A DNA stretch of 64,000 bases from Allosphingosinicella sp. (GTDB lineage: Bacteria > Pseudomonadota > Alphaproteobacteria > Sphingomonadales > Sphingomonadaceae), in NCBI RefSeq assembly GCF_044225925.1, contig NZ_JBGAHY010000020.1; one strand, written 5' to 3'. The translations under genes were made by a program, and so were the position numbers. The notes beneath the pieces were generated by a model. That model did no database searches and had not been told where the DNA came from. It was given only the letters and a program-made list of their open reading frames with translations. Shown here one piece after another: positions 62,567 to 64,000 of the stretch (positions are counted from its first letter, which is position 1; each line of letters starts with the position of its first letter).

Positions 62567-63155
62567 GATCAACTTCCTTCTTGGGCGCCTTGCCATCGCG
62601 CATCAGAAGCGCGCGCACAAGCAAAAGCAGCACGCCGATGGTAATCGCGGCGTCGGCGACATTGAAGACCAAAAAGGGTCGGAACTCGCCGAAATGCAGG
62701 TCGGCGAAGTCAACGACATAGCCGAGCCTGATCCGGTCGAGGATGTTGCCGAACGCGCCGCCGAGCACCATCGCCAGCGCGATCGAATCGGTGCGCTTGC
62801 GCTCGCGCCACAGCCAGAAGGTGACGAAGACGGCGATCGCGCCGGTCAGCAGCACCAGCAGCCAGCGGCCCCAGAAGCTGCTCGCCGAGAGGAGGCCGAG
62901 CGACACGCCATTATTCTCCACCCAGCGCAGGTTGAAGAAATCGGTGATCCGGATCGTCCAGTCCGGCTGGCCGCGCAGGTTCAGCGGATAGGTCACCGTC
63001 CACTTGATCGCCTGGTCGCAGACGAAGACGAGGAAGGCGATGACCAGCCCCTGGGCGCGCAGCGCCTTCAGCCGGGCCCGGTCCGCCGGCGACAACTCTA
63101 CCGACCCCGTCTCGGCCGGCCGTTCCGCCTCGGCGCTGTCCACAACGTCACCCAT
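62559..63155 (-). CDS. lspA: signal peptidase II
   Basis: NNGVSLGLL, GGAFGNILDRIRLGYVVDF, FNVADAAITIG motifs. Confidence 0.9.
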   Translation of the reverse strand: MGDVVDSAEAERPAETGSVELSPADRARLKALRAQGLVIAFLVFVCDQAIKWTVTYPLNLRGQPDWTIRITDFFNLRWVENNGVSLGLLSASSFWGRWLLVLLTGAIAVFVTFWLWRERKRTDSIALAMVLGGAFGNILDRIRLGYVVDFADLHFGEFRPFLVFNVADAAITIGVLLLLVRALLMRDGKAPKKEVDHA

Positions 63156-64000
63156 GCACCACTCCCTCGCAGCGCCCGCAGAGATCGCCGTCCTCCGCCA
63201 CTTCGGGCAGCAGGCGCCAGCAGCGGCCGCATTTATGATATTCGCTTCGCGTCACGCCGATTCCCTCGCCCGCATGGGGCACGACTTCGGACGTGATGAA
63301 GATTTCCGCCAGCGCGGCCAAGTCCCCGCCGAGCGCCGCCAGTGCCGTTTCGGGATAGGCGACCCTGGCCTCCAGGCTCGATCCGACCACCTTTTCGCGC
63401 CTGAGCGGCTCGATCGCTTCGGTGACCTGCACGCGCGCGGCGCGGATGCCGTCCCACTTCGCGGCCAGCGCATCGTCACGCCAGCCGGCGTCGATCACCG
63501 GCCATTCCAGCAGGTGCACCGAGCCATGCCCCGGGAAGCGCGTCTCCCACACCTCCTCCGCGGTGAAGCAGAGGATCGGGCTCAGCCAGCGCACCAAAGC
63601 GTGGAAGGTGACGTCGAGCACGGTCCGGTAGGCCCGCCGCTTCGGATCGCCGGGCGCGTCGCAATAGAGGCTGTCCTTGCGGATATCGAAGAAGAAGGCG
63701 GAGAGATCGTCATTGGCGAAGGCCATGAGCGCGCGCGAATAGCGGTTGAACTCATAGCCCTCCGACGCCTCGCGCAGCTCCGCGTCCAGCTCGGCGAGCC
63801 GGTGCAGCACCCAGCGCTCCAGCTCCGGCATGTTCGCCGGCGCCATCTTCTCCGCGTCCGTGAACCCATCCAGCGCGCCGAGCAGATAGCGGAAGGTGTT
63901 GCGCAATTTCCGATAGGCGTCGGACGTGCCCGCAAGCACCTCCTTGCCGATCCTGACGTCCTCGAAATAGTCGGTCGAGGCGACCCAGAGGCGCAGGATA
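63148..64000 (-). CDS. ileS: isoleucine--tRNA ligase (C-terminal part; 5' end beyond the window)
   Basis: The frame is open to the window edge. C-terminal zinc-finger HKCGRCWRLLPEV...CGRCEGVV. The stop overlaps the lspA start. Confidence 0.85.
   Translation of the reverse strand, partial: ILRLWVASTDYFEDVRIGKEVLAGTSDAYRKLRNTFRYLLGALDGFTDAEKMAPANMPELERWVLHRLAELDAELREASEGYEFNRYSRALMAFANDDLSAFFFDIRKDSLYCDAPGDPKRRAYRTVLDVTFHALVRWLSPILCFTAEEVWETRFPGHGSVHLLEWPVIDAGWRDDALAAKWDGIRAARVQVTEAIEPLRREKVVGSSLEARVAYPETALAALGGDLAALAEIFITSEVVPHAGEGIGVTRSEYHKCGRCWRLLPEVAEDGDLCGRCEGVVHG

Noticed and set aside
1-64000. Search by eye for rRNA, tRNA (T-loop GTTCGAATC-type motifs), CRISPR-like spaced direct repeats, transposase/integrase genes and prophage blocks.
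   Set aside because: I found none. The only dispersed repeat is the ~87-nt REP/MITE-like element (two copies). A computational scan (tRNAscan, Rfam, ISfinder) would be needed to be certain.

Overview
This is a high-GC, gene-dense chromosomal segment from an alphaproteobacterium. The PhyR-NepR-EcfG general stress response (GSR) locus is specific to that class, and the overall gene content looks sphingomonad-like, though that part is inference. I support about 75 protein genes. Most are housekeeping: scpAB, tatABC, glnE, bcp, purC, purSQ, parC, cca, folB, tonB-exbB-exbD-exbD, phaZ, marR-emrAB, erpA, xthA, lspA and ileS. By eye I found no rRNA, tRNA, CRISPR array, transposase or integrase.

Many long ORFs in the track are antisense or out-of-frame shadows typical of high-GC DNA. 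Several track ORFs are over-extended at the 5' end. I re-picked those starts from signal peptides, ribosome-binding sites (RBS) and stop/start overlaps, so start coordinates are approximate.

The most interesting observations are these:
1. A translationally coupled three-gene operon at 52027-55498 encodes a TIR-domain/Hanks Ser-Thr kinase fusion, an OmpA-like protein and a Sel1-repeat protein. The two envelope proteins share an identical Cys-containing 15-residue module. The 3' end of the kinase gene shows signs of frame disruption.
2. A candidate EcfG-dependent small RNA of about 100 nt at 7395-7497 has two C-rich loops and resembles GsrN.
3. The GSR locus is arranged atypically and carries two NepR-like genes.
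4. A TonB-dependent-receptor-like outer-membrane gene has its signal peptide in a different frame from its body and contains a Gly/Arg-rich repeat insertion.

Everything here is read from the sequence and translations by eye. No database search or computation was run.
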